Assembly (NCBI GenBank): GCA_964446825.1 | Contig: CAYUQR010000004.1 | Span: 22,828-86,827 of the forward strand | From: an uncultured Rikenellaceae bacterium | GTDB taxonomy: Bacteria; Bacteroidota; Bacteroidia; Bacteroidales; VadinHA17 | DNA: 64,000 bases | Direction: 5' to 3' | Shown: positions 48,300 to 57,233 of the stretch, piece after piece | How positions within the stretch are numbered: the stretch's first letter is position 1 | How the letters are laid out: the number at the start of each line of letters is the position of its first letter | The notes under the pieces: model-generated | Database searches by the model: none | What the model was told of the DNA's origin: nothing | Seen by the model: only the letters and a program-made list of their open reading frames with translations | Program-made: the position numbers and the translations under genes

Positions 48300-49007
48300 A
48301 TGGAAGAGAATCAGGTAGTTGCCATGCCACGAATTGGCGATAAGGCACCATCATTTAAAGCAGTTACAACGCAGGGAGATATAAATTTTCCTGGCGATTA
48401 TTCCGGAGGCTGGGTAATCCTTTTCAGTCACCCTGCCGATTTCACTCCGGTATGTACATCTGAATTCATGACATTTGCAAGTATGGCAGATAAGTTTGAA
48501 GAAGCCAACTGCAAGCTTGTGGGTCTTTCGGTGGACGGACTTTACAGCCACATTGCATGGTTAAGGACCATCAAAGAAAAAATTGAATATAAGGGGATGA
48601 AAGATGTCGAAGTTAATTTTCCTCTTATTGAAGACATCACAATGGAAGTAGCCAAAAAATACGGAATGATACAACCAGGCGAAAGCAATACCAAAGCTGT
48701 AAGAGCAGTATTCTTCGTTGATCCCAAAGGCATTATCAGGGCAATTATATATTACCCGCTAAGCCTTGGACGTAATTTTGACGAACTATATAGATCCCTG
48801 ATTGCCATGCAGACAGCCGATGCATTTTCTATTGCCACTCCGGCCGACTGGCGTCCGGGTGATGACGTGATTGTTCCTACTGCAGGATCTTGTGGAGTCG
48901 CAAAAGAAAGGATGGAGAAAAAAGAGGAGATGCATTGTTACGATTGGTTTTTCTGTACCAAAAAGCTTGATAAAGATAAGCTATTTAAAACGGTGCTGAA
49001 GAAATAA
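48300..49007 (+). CDS. Peroxiredoxin (Prx6/archaeal-type)
   Basis: HPADFTPVCTSE, GRNFDE, TPADW, C-terminal CYDWFFC. Confidence 0.95.
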   Translation: MEENQVVAMPRIGDKAPSFKAVTTQGDINFPGDYSGGWVILFSHPADFTPVCTSEFMTFASMADKFEEANCKLVGLSVDGLYSHIAWLRTIKEKIEYKGMKDVEVNFPLIEDITMEVAKKYGMIQPGESNTKAVRAVFFVDPKGIIRAIIYYPLSLGRNFDELYRSLIAMQTADAFSIATPADWRPGDDVIVPTAGSCGVAKERMEKKEEMHCYDWFFCTKKLDKDKLFKTVLKK

Positions 49008-49175
49008 TCAAGATTCATTATTGTTCATACCCTGACCGCAAAGTACACACAAGATATATAAATAATACAAAGGGGCTATCATATCAATTGCTTCTTTGCC
49101 AAGTAAATAAATTCCTGGTGAACTTTGCGGTTATTTTTTTGTTCCATAAATACTTTTTCACTTGATACAGACCAT

Positions 49176-49793
49176 ATGAACGAATTTGACATAAAAGCAG
49201 CAGGATGGGATCAGAACCCTATGATCTGGAATCGGGCCAATGCCATTGCCAATGAAATAAAAAGACAGCTGCCATTAAACAACAGAATGACTGCACTGGA
49301 ATTCGGCGCAGGTACGGGAGTAACCAGTTTTATACTTAAGGATTCACTGAAAGAGATCACTTTAATGGATAATTCAAGAGAAATGGTGAAAATAATGGAT
49401 GAGAAAATAAAGGAAACAGGTGTTAAAAATCTTAAAACAGTGAACTTTAATCTTGAACATGAAAACTATAATGTTGCAAAGTTCGATCTTGTTTTTAACC
49501 AGATGGTTCTTCATCACATCACTGACATTCGTGATATCTTAAATAAATTTTTTAATCTTCTGAATCCGGGAGGATTTCTTGCTTTAGCTGACCTGTATCC
49601 TGAAAATGGCTCCTTTCACGGGGAGGGTTTTACCGGTCATAAAGGCTTCGATCCGGCAAAATTGTCAGAATTACTTTCTAAAGCTGGATTCAATAATATA
49701 AGTCACAGGCAGTGTTTTGTCATTAACAAGGAAATATCTGATTCTGTAAAAAAACAATTTAAGGTATTCCTGCTTACAGCTAACCGGCCTTAA
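49176..49793 (+). CDS. Class I SAM-dependent methyltransferase
   Basis: FDIKAAGWD, LEFGAGTG, LHHI, HKGFD; likely start 49176. Confidence 0.85.
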   Translation: MNEFDIKAAGWDQNPMIWNRANAIANEIKRQLPLNNRMTALEFGAGTGVTSFILKDSLKEITLMDNSREMVKIMDEKIKETGVKNLKTVNFNLEHENYNVAKFDLVFNQMVLHHITDIRDILNKFFNLLNPGGFLALADLYPENGSFHGEGFTGHKGFDPAKLSELLSKAGFNNISHRQCFVINKEISDSVKKQFKVFLLTANRP

Positions 49794-49860
49794 GTCTAAA
49801 AAGAGATATAGCGTAAAAAATGATTATTTAGTAAAAATAATCTCTTATTTTATTTGCATT

Positions 49861-49876
49861 ATGAACGTAGGTTCAT
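49861..49876. promoter_or_regulatory. Operator ATGAAC-GTAG-GTTCAT
   Basis: Perfect arms, flanked by TTGCATT and TATCTTT exactly as at 2841. Confidence 0.8.
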
Positions 49877-49899
49877 TATCTTTACATAAAACAAGAGAT

Positions 49900-50145
49900 A
49901 TGAAAGCCTCAATAGCAATTAAGATTTTTTTTATTCTGCCTCTTATACTTTTTGTTGATTATATCCTTATGGCGATAATAGGATGTTCAACATGCCTTTT
50001 TGGTCTTGGTGAAGATTTTTACTGCGGTCCTTTTTGTGCAGCAGGAAAAATAATTTTAGCTTTGTCAGTGATATTCTTTGGCTACCTTCTCTACCCGGAT
50101 ATCAAGACATTGTTCAAATCAAACAAAAATGGCGAGGCCAAATAA
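49900..50145 (+). CDS. Small two-helix membrane protein with Cys-containing loop
   Basis: GCSTCLFG..YCGPFC between hydrophobic helices; the ORF-track start 49861 lies inside the operator. Confidence 0.65.
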   Translation: MKASIAIKIFFILPLILFVDYILMAIIGCSTCLFGLGEDFYCGPFCAAGKIILALSVIFFGYLLYPDIKTLFKSNKNGEAK

Positions 50146-50533
50146 AAGCAGGAAAATCTCTAACCCCCCCAAAATGAAGGGCTTTAAGCCCTATGGAATG
50201 TCTTTCTGCAAAATTGACCCAGTTGTTTTGAAATTTGAAGAATTTGAAAGCATCAGATTGATAAATTACGAAAGACTTTCCCAGGAACAGGCGGCTGAGC
50301 AGATGAATATTTCACGTCCTACTTTCACACGGATATATAACAGAGCTTTAAAACAAATTGCCAAATCTTTTGTTGAAGGTAAAGCCCTTGAAATTGAAGG
50401 AGGAAATTACCTCCTTGAAAAGGACTGGTATCGTTGCAAAAAATGCTATAAGCTTATTGAGGGCTTAGAAAATCATTTCAGATGCAAGGATTGTAATTTA
50501 TATGGCGACAGTGAATTAATAAAATTAAATTAG
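50129..50533 (+). CDS. DUF134 protein
   Basis: MARPNKSRKI, EEFESIRL, MNISRPTFTRIY, CKKC..CKDC. Confidence 0.9.
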   Translation: MARPNKSRKISNPPKMKGFKPYGMSFCKIDPVVLKFEEFESIRLINYERLSQEQAAEQMNISRPTFTRIYNRALKQIAKSFVEGKALEIEGGNYLLEKDWYRCKKCYKLIEGLENHFRCKDCNLYGDSELIKLN

Positions 50534-50548
50534 GATACTGGATATTTT

Positions 50549-50938
50549 ATGGAAATAATATTTGAAGGAGACAAAATAGTTACCGCATTATATAATGGAC
50601 ATACAATCAAAACAGATCAACCTCTTGACAATGGAGGAGGCAATACCGCTCCTGCCCCATTTGATCTTTTTATGGCATCGATAGGCACATGTGCAGGAAT
50701 CTATGTGAAATCATTCTGCGACAGACGTAATATACCTACCGATAATATAAGGATCTTTCAGGATGTTGAATATAGTAACAAGACTCATCTTCCCGCTAAT
50801 GTCACAATTGATATTAAATTACCGGCTGATTTTCCTGAAAAGTATAAAGATGCTGTCATGAATTCGGCTGATCTTTGTGCGGTAAAAAGATCCATCTTCG
50901 ATCCTCCGGCTTTCCGGATTAAAACATCCCTGGCATAA
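50549..50938 (+). CDS. OsmC-family protein
   Basis: TDQP..GG..APAPFDLFMASIGTCAG, LCAVKR. Confidence 0.9.
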   Translation: MEIIFEGDKIVTALYNGHTIKTDQPLDNGGGNTAPAPFDLFMASIGTCAGIYVKSFCDRRNIPTDNIRIFQDVEYSNKTHLPANVTIDIKLPADFPEKYKDAVMNSADLCAVKRSIFDPPAFRIKTSLA

Positions 50939-51041
50939 TAAAAAAATATACGATTTATTGGCTTTAAGAACTTTCTCATATCCTGATAATTAACCAACTC
51001 AGAAATTAAAATAAAAATAAGTAATTTAAGAGGTCCGATTA

Positions 51042-52778
51042 TTGATGCATTTTATGAATACAATAATCCACAAACCTCTTAATTCCCTTTGGCTTAAAGC
51101 TTCTGTGATTGGAAGTTTCTGGGCTTCTATAGAGATTATTTTAGGTAGTTTCCTCCATAATCTAAAGGTCCCGCTTTCCGGTACCATCCTTTCATTTATA
51201 AGTGTCTTCCTATTAATCTCATTTCTTCAGATCTGGAAAGAAAATGGCTTGGTTCTGAGGGCAGGTATAATTTGTGCATTGATGAAGTCAATCTCACCAA
51301 GTGCGTTGATAATAGGGCCCATGATTGGCATTTTCACCGAAGCAATGCTTCTGGAATTCTTCATCTGGTTACTTGGTAAAAATTTGTTTGGCTATATGGC
51401 AGGCGGTGCATTCGCAATCTTAAGTGCATTACTCCATAAACTGGTTAGCCTGATAATCTTATATGGCTTTGATTTCGTTAAAATACTAAATGCATTTTAT
51501 CAGTTCGCCGTAAAACAGATTCATCTGAGTGATCCAAACCCGTTACACCTGGTAACATTAATCGTATTAATCTATTTATTGACCGGGATACTCGCCGCTA
51601 TTGCAGGATACCTAACAGGCAAAAAGTACATGGTTTCCAGGGGAACATCTGCAATGACAAATGGAATAAAAATTGAATATAAGGAAAAAACGCCTTTTAT
51701 CGCACAAGAACACAGGTATTCGGTATTTAATCTGTTTCTGAACACTTTTGCAGTTATTATCAGCCTCTTAATAATCAATTCAGACAAATCCGTTATTCTC
51801 TGGCTTATTCCTCTGATATATATATTGTATTGTGTGATTCATTACAAATCTTCACTGAACAGATTCAAAAAGATATCCCTCTGGCTGCAATTCATTATAA
51901 TTACCGCTATAGCTGCCTTTCTCTGGAATGGCATTTCAGGGGAAAGTATGTTTTCTTTAACCGGACTTACGGCAGGATTAAAGATGATAAGCAGAGCAGT
52001 GGTGGTAATAATCGGATTTGCGTCTATAAGTATTGAGTTAAAAAATCCGGTGGTAAAATCTGTTCTGTATGGCAGAGGTTTTGCCAGCCTGTACCAATCT
52101 ATCAATCTCTCATTCTCAGCACTAGGTTCAATCATATCATCTATGCCGGAATCAGGTAGCATTCTCAGACAAACCCGTACCTTTATGCGGGGGATACTCA
52201 GTCAGGCTGAAAATCTTCTCGAGATCTTTGAGAGTGAAACTATGAAGAGATCCCCTGTAATTATTATTACCGGAGATATCCGACAGGGGAAAACAACCTA
52301 TGTAAAGAAAATAGTCAATAAGCTGCAAAATCATAATAAAAAAATAGCTGGATTTCTATCAATTGGTATTGATGCTAATGGAGAGCGTTCCGGATTCAGA
52401 CTACATAATATACAAACAGAAGAGCAGGTTGAATTATGTACAAAAGTGCACCAAATGACCTGGCTGAGGTATGGGAGCTATTATTTTAATCCGGTTGGAA
52501 TTCAAACGGGCAAAGAAATTCTGAACAAAGCCAACCTGGAGGGCATACAATTAATAGTTATTGACGAAATCGGACCACTGGAAATTAATGATAACGGCTG
52601 GAGCGGATCCATAGATAATCTTTGTCAGAACAGCCAGATTCCTCAGCTGTGGGTCGTCAGAAAATCCCTGACAGACAAGATTATCAAAAAATGGAATATT
52701 GGAAATGTTTATATCTTCGATATCAGTGAAGATAGTGTTGAAGATGCTGAGAATAAAATCCTTGAGCTCATCCAGTGA
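51042..52778 (+). CDS. Polytopic membrane protein fused to a C-terminal THEP1/NTPase_1-type P-loop domain
   Basis: Many hydrophobic segments (WASIEIILGSFLHNL); then ITGDIRQGKTT and IVIDEIGPLE. Confidence 0.75.
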   Translation: MMHFMNTIIHKPLNSLWLKASVIGSFWASIEIILGSFLHNLKVPLSGTILSFISVFLLISFLQIWKENGLVLRAGIICALMKSISPSALIIGPMIGIFTEAMLLEFFIWLLGKNLFGYMAGGAFAILSALLHKLVSLIILYGFDFVKILNAFYQFAVKQIHLSDPNPLHLVTLIVLIYLLTGILAAIAGYLTGKKYMVSRGTSAMTNGIKIEYKEKTPFIAQEHRYSVFNLFLNTFAVIISLLIINSDKSVILWLIPLIYILYCVIHYKSSLNRFKKISLWLQFIIITAIAAFLWNGISGESMFSLTGLTAGLKMISRAVVVIIGFASISIELKNPVVKSVLYGRGFASLYQSINLSFSALGSIISSMPESGSILRQTRTFMRGILSQAENLLEIFESETMKRSPVIIITGDIRQGKTTYVKKIVNKLQNHNKKIAGFLSIGIDANGERSGFRLHNIQTEEQVELCTKVHQMTWLRYGSYYFNPVGIQTGKEILNKANLEGIQLIVIDEIGPLEINDNGWSGSIDNLCQNSQIPQLWVVRKSLTDKIIKKWNIGNVYIFDISEDSVEDAENKILELIQ

Positions 52779-52876
52779 TCAGAGTCTTCTTAAACCGGAT
52801 GCAAAAGAAAAACCGCACAGAGCTGTTTTTATAATGCTCTCTGCGGTTAAAAAATTTCACAACCAATTTTGTCCTG

Positions 52877-53080
52877 TTATTCCTTCTTCTTTGTACTTAA
52901 ACCAAATGGTAAATAAAGGGGGCAGAAACTAATAAGACTTGTTACTACAAATATACCTGCCACTATTAAAAGAATAATTGCCAATGTACCTGTTATTACA
53001 TGAGTAAAATAAAGTACAAGCACGACAATTGCAACCAGTATCCTGATCACCTTGTCAATAGTTCCCATGTTCTTTTTCAT
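52877..53080 (-). CDS. DUF2892 (YgaP-like) membrane protein
   Basis: NMGTIDKVIR, CPLYLPFGLST. Confidence 0.9.
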   Translation of the reverse strand: MKKNMGTIDKVIRILVAIVVLVLYFTHVITGTLAIILLIVAGIFVVTSLISFCPLYLPFGLSTKKKE

Positions 53081-53114
53081 AATAAAATAATTTTAAAATT
53101 ATTAATATCCAAAG

Positions 53115-54383
53115 TTAATCCATCTCTTTTGAAATCGCCATTGCGGCTATTGTCCCGTCAGCAACAGCAGTAGTTATCTGACGATATTTTTTGCTTATCA
53201 CATCTCCCACAGCATAGACTCCCGGTATGTTTGTCCTCATATCTTCATCGGTCTTTATATATCCCCACCTGTCGAGAATCAGTTTGTCCTTAAAAAGGTC
53301 AATATTGGGTTTCATTCCGATAAAAATAAATACTCCGTCACTAAACAGTTTCCGGCGCTCTTTTATTTTTAGATTTTCCACTTCTGTTATCATCTTATCT
53401 CCTTCCCTGGTGAACGATCTTGGTTCATTCTCAAACAGAATGTTAATTTTCGGATTTTTGAATACTTTCTCCTGAGCCTGCTTATTTGCTGTCAGCTTAT
53501 CAAACTGGTGAACGATTGTCAGTTTACTTGCAAACCTGGTAATATATTCCGATTCTTCGACAGCTGAATTACCACCACCAATAACAATAACCTCTTTGCC
53601 ATCAAAGTATTTTGCGTCGCAGGTAGCACAGTAAGAGATCCCCTTACCTTTAAGTTCCCTTTCACCCGGGGCCCCTGTAAGATTCGGAGTTGTACCGGTA
53701 GCTATAATGATCTTTTTTGCTTTTACGGTTTCATACTCATCTATTAAAACCTCTTTTTTATCAAGATCAACTTTTGTAATATCAACTGCTACTTTGTATA
53801 CTGTGCCGCACAGTTTAGTCTGCTCACTCATGTTATGTGAAAGCATATAACCCGCCTGAGGCTCAATAAAACCCGGATAATTTGAAACTTCATGAGTAGT
53901 TGACACATGTCCGCCCGGCAATGCAATATCGATAAGGACAGTATTGACTTTAGACTGACACAGGTATAAACCGGCTGTAAGGCCTCCGGGACCTGCGCCA
54001 AGAATTATAACGTCAAACTCTGAAACAGAAGGTTTAACATTGTTTTTTATCTCTTTTACTCTTTTTTCCGGCAACATATTATTCAGGTTGCGAATAATAT
54101 CTATCCTCTTGATTCCGCCCACCAGTCTTTCGCCGACCTCTTTCCCATTGTTGAAAAACAATAGTGTGGGAGAACCATTAACACCCAGCTTTTCAGCCAA
54201 ATCCCTATTTTGCTGGCGAAATATTTTAAGGAATTTTACATCTTTTCCATATAATAATGATAAGTTCTCATATTTTGATGCCAATGCCTCGCAGGGAGGA
54301 CATTCAGTTGAATAAAAATCAAGGACCACTTTGCCTGACTGCAATACCTCACTTTCAAATTCTGTTGAATTTATCTCTTTCAT
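53115..54383 (-). CDS. Thioredoxin-thioredoxin reductase fusion (Trx N-terminal)
   Basis: ECPPCE Trx domain; GAGPGG, CATCD, GGGNSA, AVGD..ITTAVADG. Confidence 0.9.
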   Translation of the reverse strand: MKEINSTEFESEVLQSGKVVLDFYSTECPPCEALASKYENLSLLYGKDVKFLKIFRQQNRDLAEKLGVNGSPTLLFFNNGKEVGERLVGGIKRIDIIRNLNNMLPEKRVKEIKNNVKPSVSEFDVIILGAGPGGLTAGLYLCQSKVNTVLIDIALPGGHVSTTHEVSNYPGFIEPQAGYMLSHNMSEQTKLCGTVYKVAVDITKVDLDKKEVLIDEYETVKAKKIIIATGTTPNLTGAPGERELKGKGISYCATCDAKYFDGKEVIVIGGGNSAVEESEYITRFASKLTIVHQFDKLTANKQAQEKVFKNPKINILFENEPRSFTREGDKMITEVENLKIKERRKLFSDGVFIFIGMKPNIDLFKDKLILDRWGYIKTDEDMRTNIPGVYAVGDVISKKYRQITTAVADGTIAAMAISKEMD

Positions 54384-54413
54384 ATATTTTAAAATAATTA
54401 TACCTGTTAAAAT

Positions 54414-55745
54414 TTATATGGCGACATTCTCAAAATAAGCCGAAAAACCAAGTTCCAGTAGTTCCTTCACAGGCCTGCAGTCGGTAGAACATATCTCGCC
54501 GGTTCTGTTCCTTGCAACCGATCCACATCCTCCACCACATGCCAGCCGGACAGGGCAGTCTTTGCATTCAGGAATAGATGTTACATCGCGTCTTTCCCAC
54601 TCCTCAATTATAGAATCTCTGCGTGTTACAACAGGATAGAATGTACCCAATGATTCATCTGATTTCCCGACTGTGGCAGTGCATGAGTAAATCTGACCTG
54701 TATAATCAAAAGCCCACTCAGTTTTACATGCGGGACAAGAATCAAAAAGAGGGTCAGGGAGATCTCCATTCTCTGAAATAAATTTTGCTATAGAATATGC
54801 AGGTTTGTAAAATTCAAGAATATGGGGATGCACTTTAGTAAGTTCATAGATTGCCTCAAAGATTGCTACTCTGTCGAACAGTTTATCAGGATCAGACTGA
54901 CAATGATGCAACTCATAATTCCGGCCCATCTGGCTTTTGAAGAAAGCACTTTTTGTCCAGCCTTTGTCAATAGCAAACTGTGCCAATTCAGGAAGGTTAC
55001 TGATATTTTCTTTATCGATTACCATCCGGAGATTTATATCAATTTTGTTTTCCAGACAGGAATCTATACCTCTCACAATCTTGTTAAAGGTACCTTCTCC
55101 TCCTTTCAGAAAACGGCGCCTATTATGGACTTTTTCAGTACCATCGAGGGTGACCTGGATTTCACGAATTTTCCCTTTTCCAAGTATCTGAGAATATTCT
55201 TCCAGAAAATACCCATTGGTCACAAAGCTTACTTCAAGATCAGATTCGACGGACCTTTCAAGTATTTGTGATATAAGTTCTTTTTGTTTTGGACTATTAA
55301 GAAGCGGTTCCCCTCCGAAAATTGTGATATACTTCTTGCGCCCGGCAAACTCCCTGCTGACATAGCTGAAAAATGTATCGATAACTTCCGTACTCAGTCC
55401 CTGAACAGGATTTGTATATTGATCCTGGTAACAATAGGTACAGGCAAAGTTGCAGCTGTAGTTTGTCACAAAAAATATCTGTATTTCATCCTTGTCGCGG
55501 GAATCAATAAAATCGAGGTATCTTTCACGATAAATACGTGTTTCTTCTGTTTCATCAATCAAATATCCCTTTTCTATCAATTCACTCATGAAATCATCAT
55601 CAGTCTTTTTCCCACTTTTGATCATCTCAACCTTTCTCGCATCATCAACGGACAGAATATCAGCATTACCTGTAAGAAGGTTGATGATGAAATAGTTTTC
55701 AGAATCCCTGATCCTTGAAAAAATATTGAATTTTGAATATTCCAT
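54414..55745 (-). CDS. Radical SAM/SPASM peptide maturase with RRE-like N-terminus
   Basis: CNFACTYC, FGGEPL; SPASM CPAC..YSC..CKDC..CGGGC..C; ~80-aa winged-helix-like N-terminus. Confidence 0.9.
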   Translation of the reverse strand: MEYSKFNIFSRIRDSENYFIINLLTGNADILSVDDARKVEMIKSGKKTDDDFMSELIEKGYLIDETEETRIYRERYLDFIDSRDKDEIQIFFVTNYSCNFACTYCYQDQYTNPVQGLSTEVIDTFFSYVSREFAGRKKYITIFGGEPLLNSPKQKELISQILERSVESDLEVSFVTNGYFLEEYSQILGKGKIREIQVTLDGTEKVHNRRRFLKGGEGTFNKIVRGIDSCLENKIDINLRMVIDKENISNLPELAQFAIDKGWTKSAFFKSQMGRNYELHHCQSDPDKLFDRVAIFEAIYELTKVHPHILEFYKPAYSIAKFISENGDLPDPLFDSCPACKTEWAFDYTGQIYSCTATVGKSDESLGTFYPVVTRRDSIIEEWERRDVTSIPECKDCPVRLACGGGCGSVARNRTGEICSTDCRPVKELLELGFSAYFENVAI

Positions 55746-55824
55746 TTAATGATATAAAAATATCAGACGAGATCGTTCTAAAATGAATGAATTTTGTGAT
55801 TGACCAATTTTTTTGCAGAGATAG

Positions 55825-55923
55825 TTAATCGTGACAGCCGACAACTGTTTTAGAAGTTTTGGCGCAACACTGGGCGACTTTTGAACCGGCCCTGTTTTCT
55901 TTCTTTTTAATCAGACTTTTCAT
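55825..55923 (-). CDS. Putative RiPP precursor peptide, 32 aa
   Basis: Hand translation MKSLIKKKENRAGSKVAQCCAKTSKTVVGCHD; directly upstream of the rSAM/SPASM gene; missed by the ORF track. Confidence 0.8.
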   Translation of the reverse strand: MKSLIKKKENRAGSKVAQCCAKTSKTVVGCHD

Positions 55924-55933
55924 AATTTATCAT

Positions 55934-56392
55934 CTATTTTAATAAAACATCATTTACACCTTTTTCCAGGTTTTCTTTCGACACAAACCCTACAACAAGC
56001 TGTGGCTTCCCTTTCACAGGTATGAATACCAGGGTAGGCAGCCCGCTTATTCCAAGTGATTGGGTGACTGCTCTTTCCTGGTCAGTATTGACCTTGTAAA
56101 CAACTATTTTACCGGCATACTCTTTTGCAACTTCCTCAACCAGGGGAGAAAGTACACGACACGGAGGGCACCAGTCAGCATAAAAATCAATAATGGCCGG
56201 CTTGTCTCCTTTATAATTCCATACCTTGTCAGATTCATAATCAAAAACATATTTCCTGAATGTATCGTTTGTGAGAGGCATAACTATTTCGCCGGAAGCC
56301 AGTTTTGTACCTTCGGCAGGCTTATTCCCTGATTTACAACCTGATATTAGCAGAGATAAAGTGAGCGCTGTTAAGACAATGTTCTTTCTCAT
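55934..56392 (-). CDS. Thioredoxin-like lipoprotein
   Basis: Lipobox LISGC, DFYADWCPPC, GISGLPT. Confidence 0.9.
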   Translation of the reverse strand: MRKNIVLTALTLSLLISGCKSGNKPAEGTKLASGEIVMPLTNDTFRKYVFDYESDKVWNYKGDKPAIIDFYADWCPPCRVLSPLVEEVAKEYAGKIVVYKVNTDQERAVTQSLGISGLPTLVFIPVKGKPQLVVGFVSKENLEKGVNDVLLK

Positions 56393-56404
56393 GTTCTTAT
56401 ATTT

Positions 56405-57061
56405 TCAGTTTTTACAACCACAACCACCTTTACCCGATGGTTTTTCTCCGGCAACAGTCCAGGATGAGACTCTTGTCATTCCTTTTTCGTAAGGTTCTGA
56501 TTCTTCAATGATCTTAATTGAACCAAACCCGGCGTTATGAAGTTGTTCCAGGTATTCGTCTCGAGTTACAGAACCTGCCCAGCATTCTGAAATTGCAACA
56601 GGGTCATTTCTGAATTCATCAGCAATGGGCTCAATAGCATAAATATCACTTACCACAAATCTACCGCCATTCTTGAGTATCCTGAAGACCTCATTCCATA
56701 CAGCCTGTTTGTCAGAGGCATGATTGATTGTACAATTTGAAATAACAAGATCAGCAGTATTATCTTTGAGATTAAGTTTTTCAAGCGAACTCTGAATAAA
56801 GTTCACATTATTGATTCCAAGCCTTTCTGCTGTGCTTACGGCTTTCCTGATCATACCACCTGAAATATCGATGCCGTAAACCTTACCCTTTTCCCCGACA
56901 GTTTCTGAAAGTCTTAAAACATCTGTCCCCCTTCCGCTGCCAAGATCAACGCATATCTCTCCGGGCAATGCCCCGGAATAATTAATTGCTCCTCCGCAAG
57001 AAAGGCAGCATGTTGATTCTGCAAGATCGCTGTATCGTTTATTGATTTCAGTATATTCCAT
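56405..57061 (-). CDS. ArsM-like SAM-dependent methyltransferase
   Basis: CCLSCGGA, DLGSGRG, ISNCTIN, SECWAG, C-terminal CGC; likely start 57061. Confidence 0.75.
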   Translation of the reverse strand: MEYTEINKRYSDLAESTCCLSCGGAINYSGALPGEICVDLGSGRGTDVLRLSETVGEKGKVYGIDISGGMIRKAVSTAERLGINNVNFIQSSLEKLNLKDNTADLVISNCTINHASDKQAVWNEVFRILKNGGRFVVSDIYAIEPIADEFRNDPVAISECWAGSVTRDEYLEQLHNAGFGSIKIIEESEPYEKGMTRVSSWTVAGEKPSGKGGCGCKN

Positions 57062-57145
57062 TCTGTTTTTTTTTACCACTCCGAATTTTTAGGAGCTTAT
57101 TTCAATCTTCAAAGATGTTACTTTTAAAAAAGTGGCGCAAAGATA

Positions 57146-57159
57146 ATGATAAATATCAT
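57146..57159. promoter_or_regulatory. Palindrome ATGAT-N4-ATCAT (FNR-like) abutting the -7 element
   Basis: Adjacent to minus-strand TATCTTTG (57138..57145) of the methyltransferase/RiPP operon. Confidence 0.45.
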
Positions 57160-57233
57160 GAATCGCAATAGTATCACTTAAATCTTTTTAATATCACTTA
57201 TTTTTTTAACTTTGTAAAGTAAACTTTCTGAAA

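Noticed and set aside
49861-49899. ORF start at 49861
   Set aside because: The ATG is the first bases of the operator/promoter; ATG 49900 is more plausible
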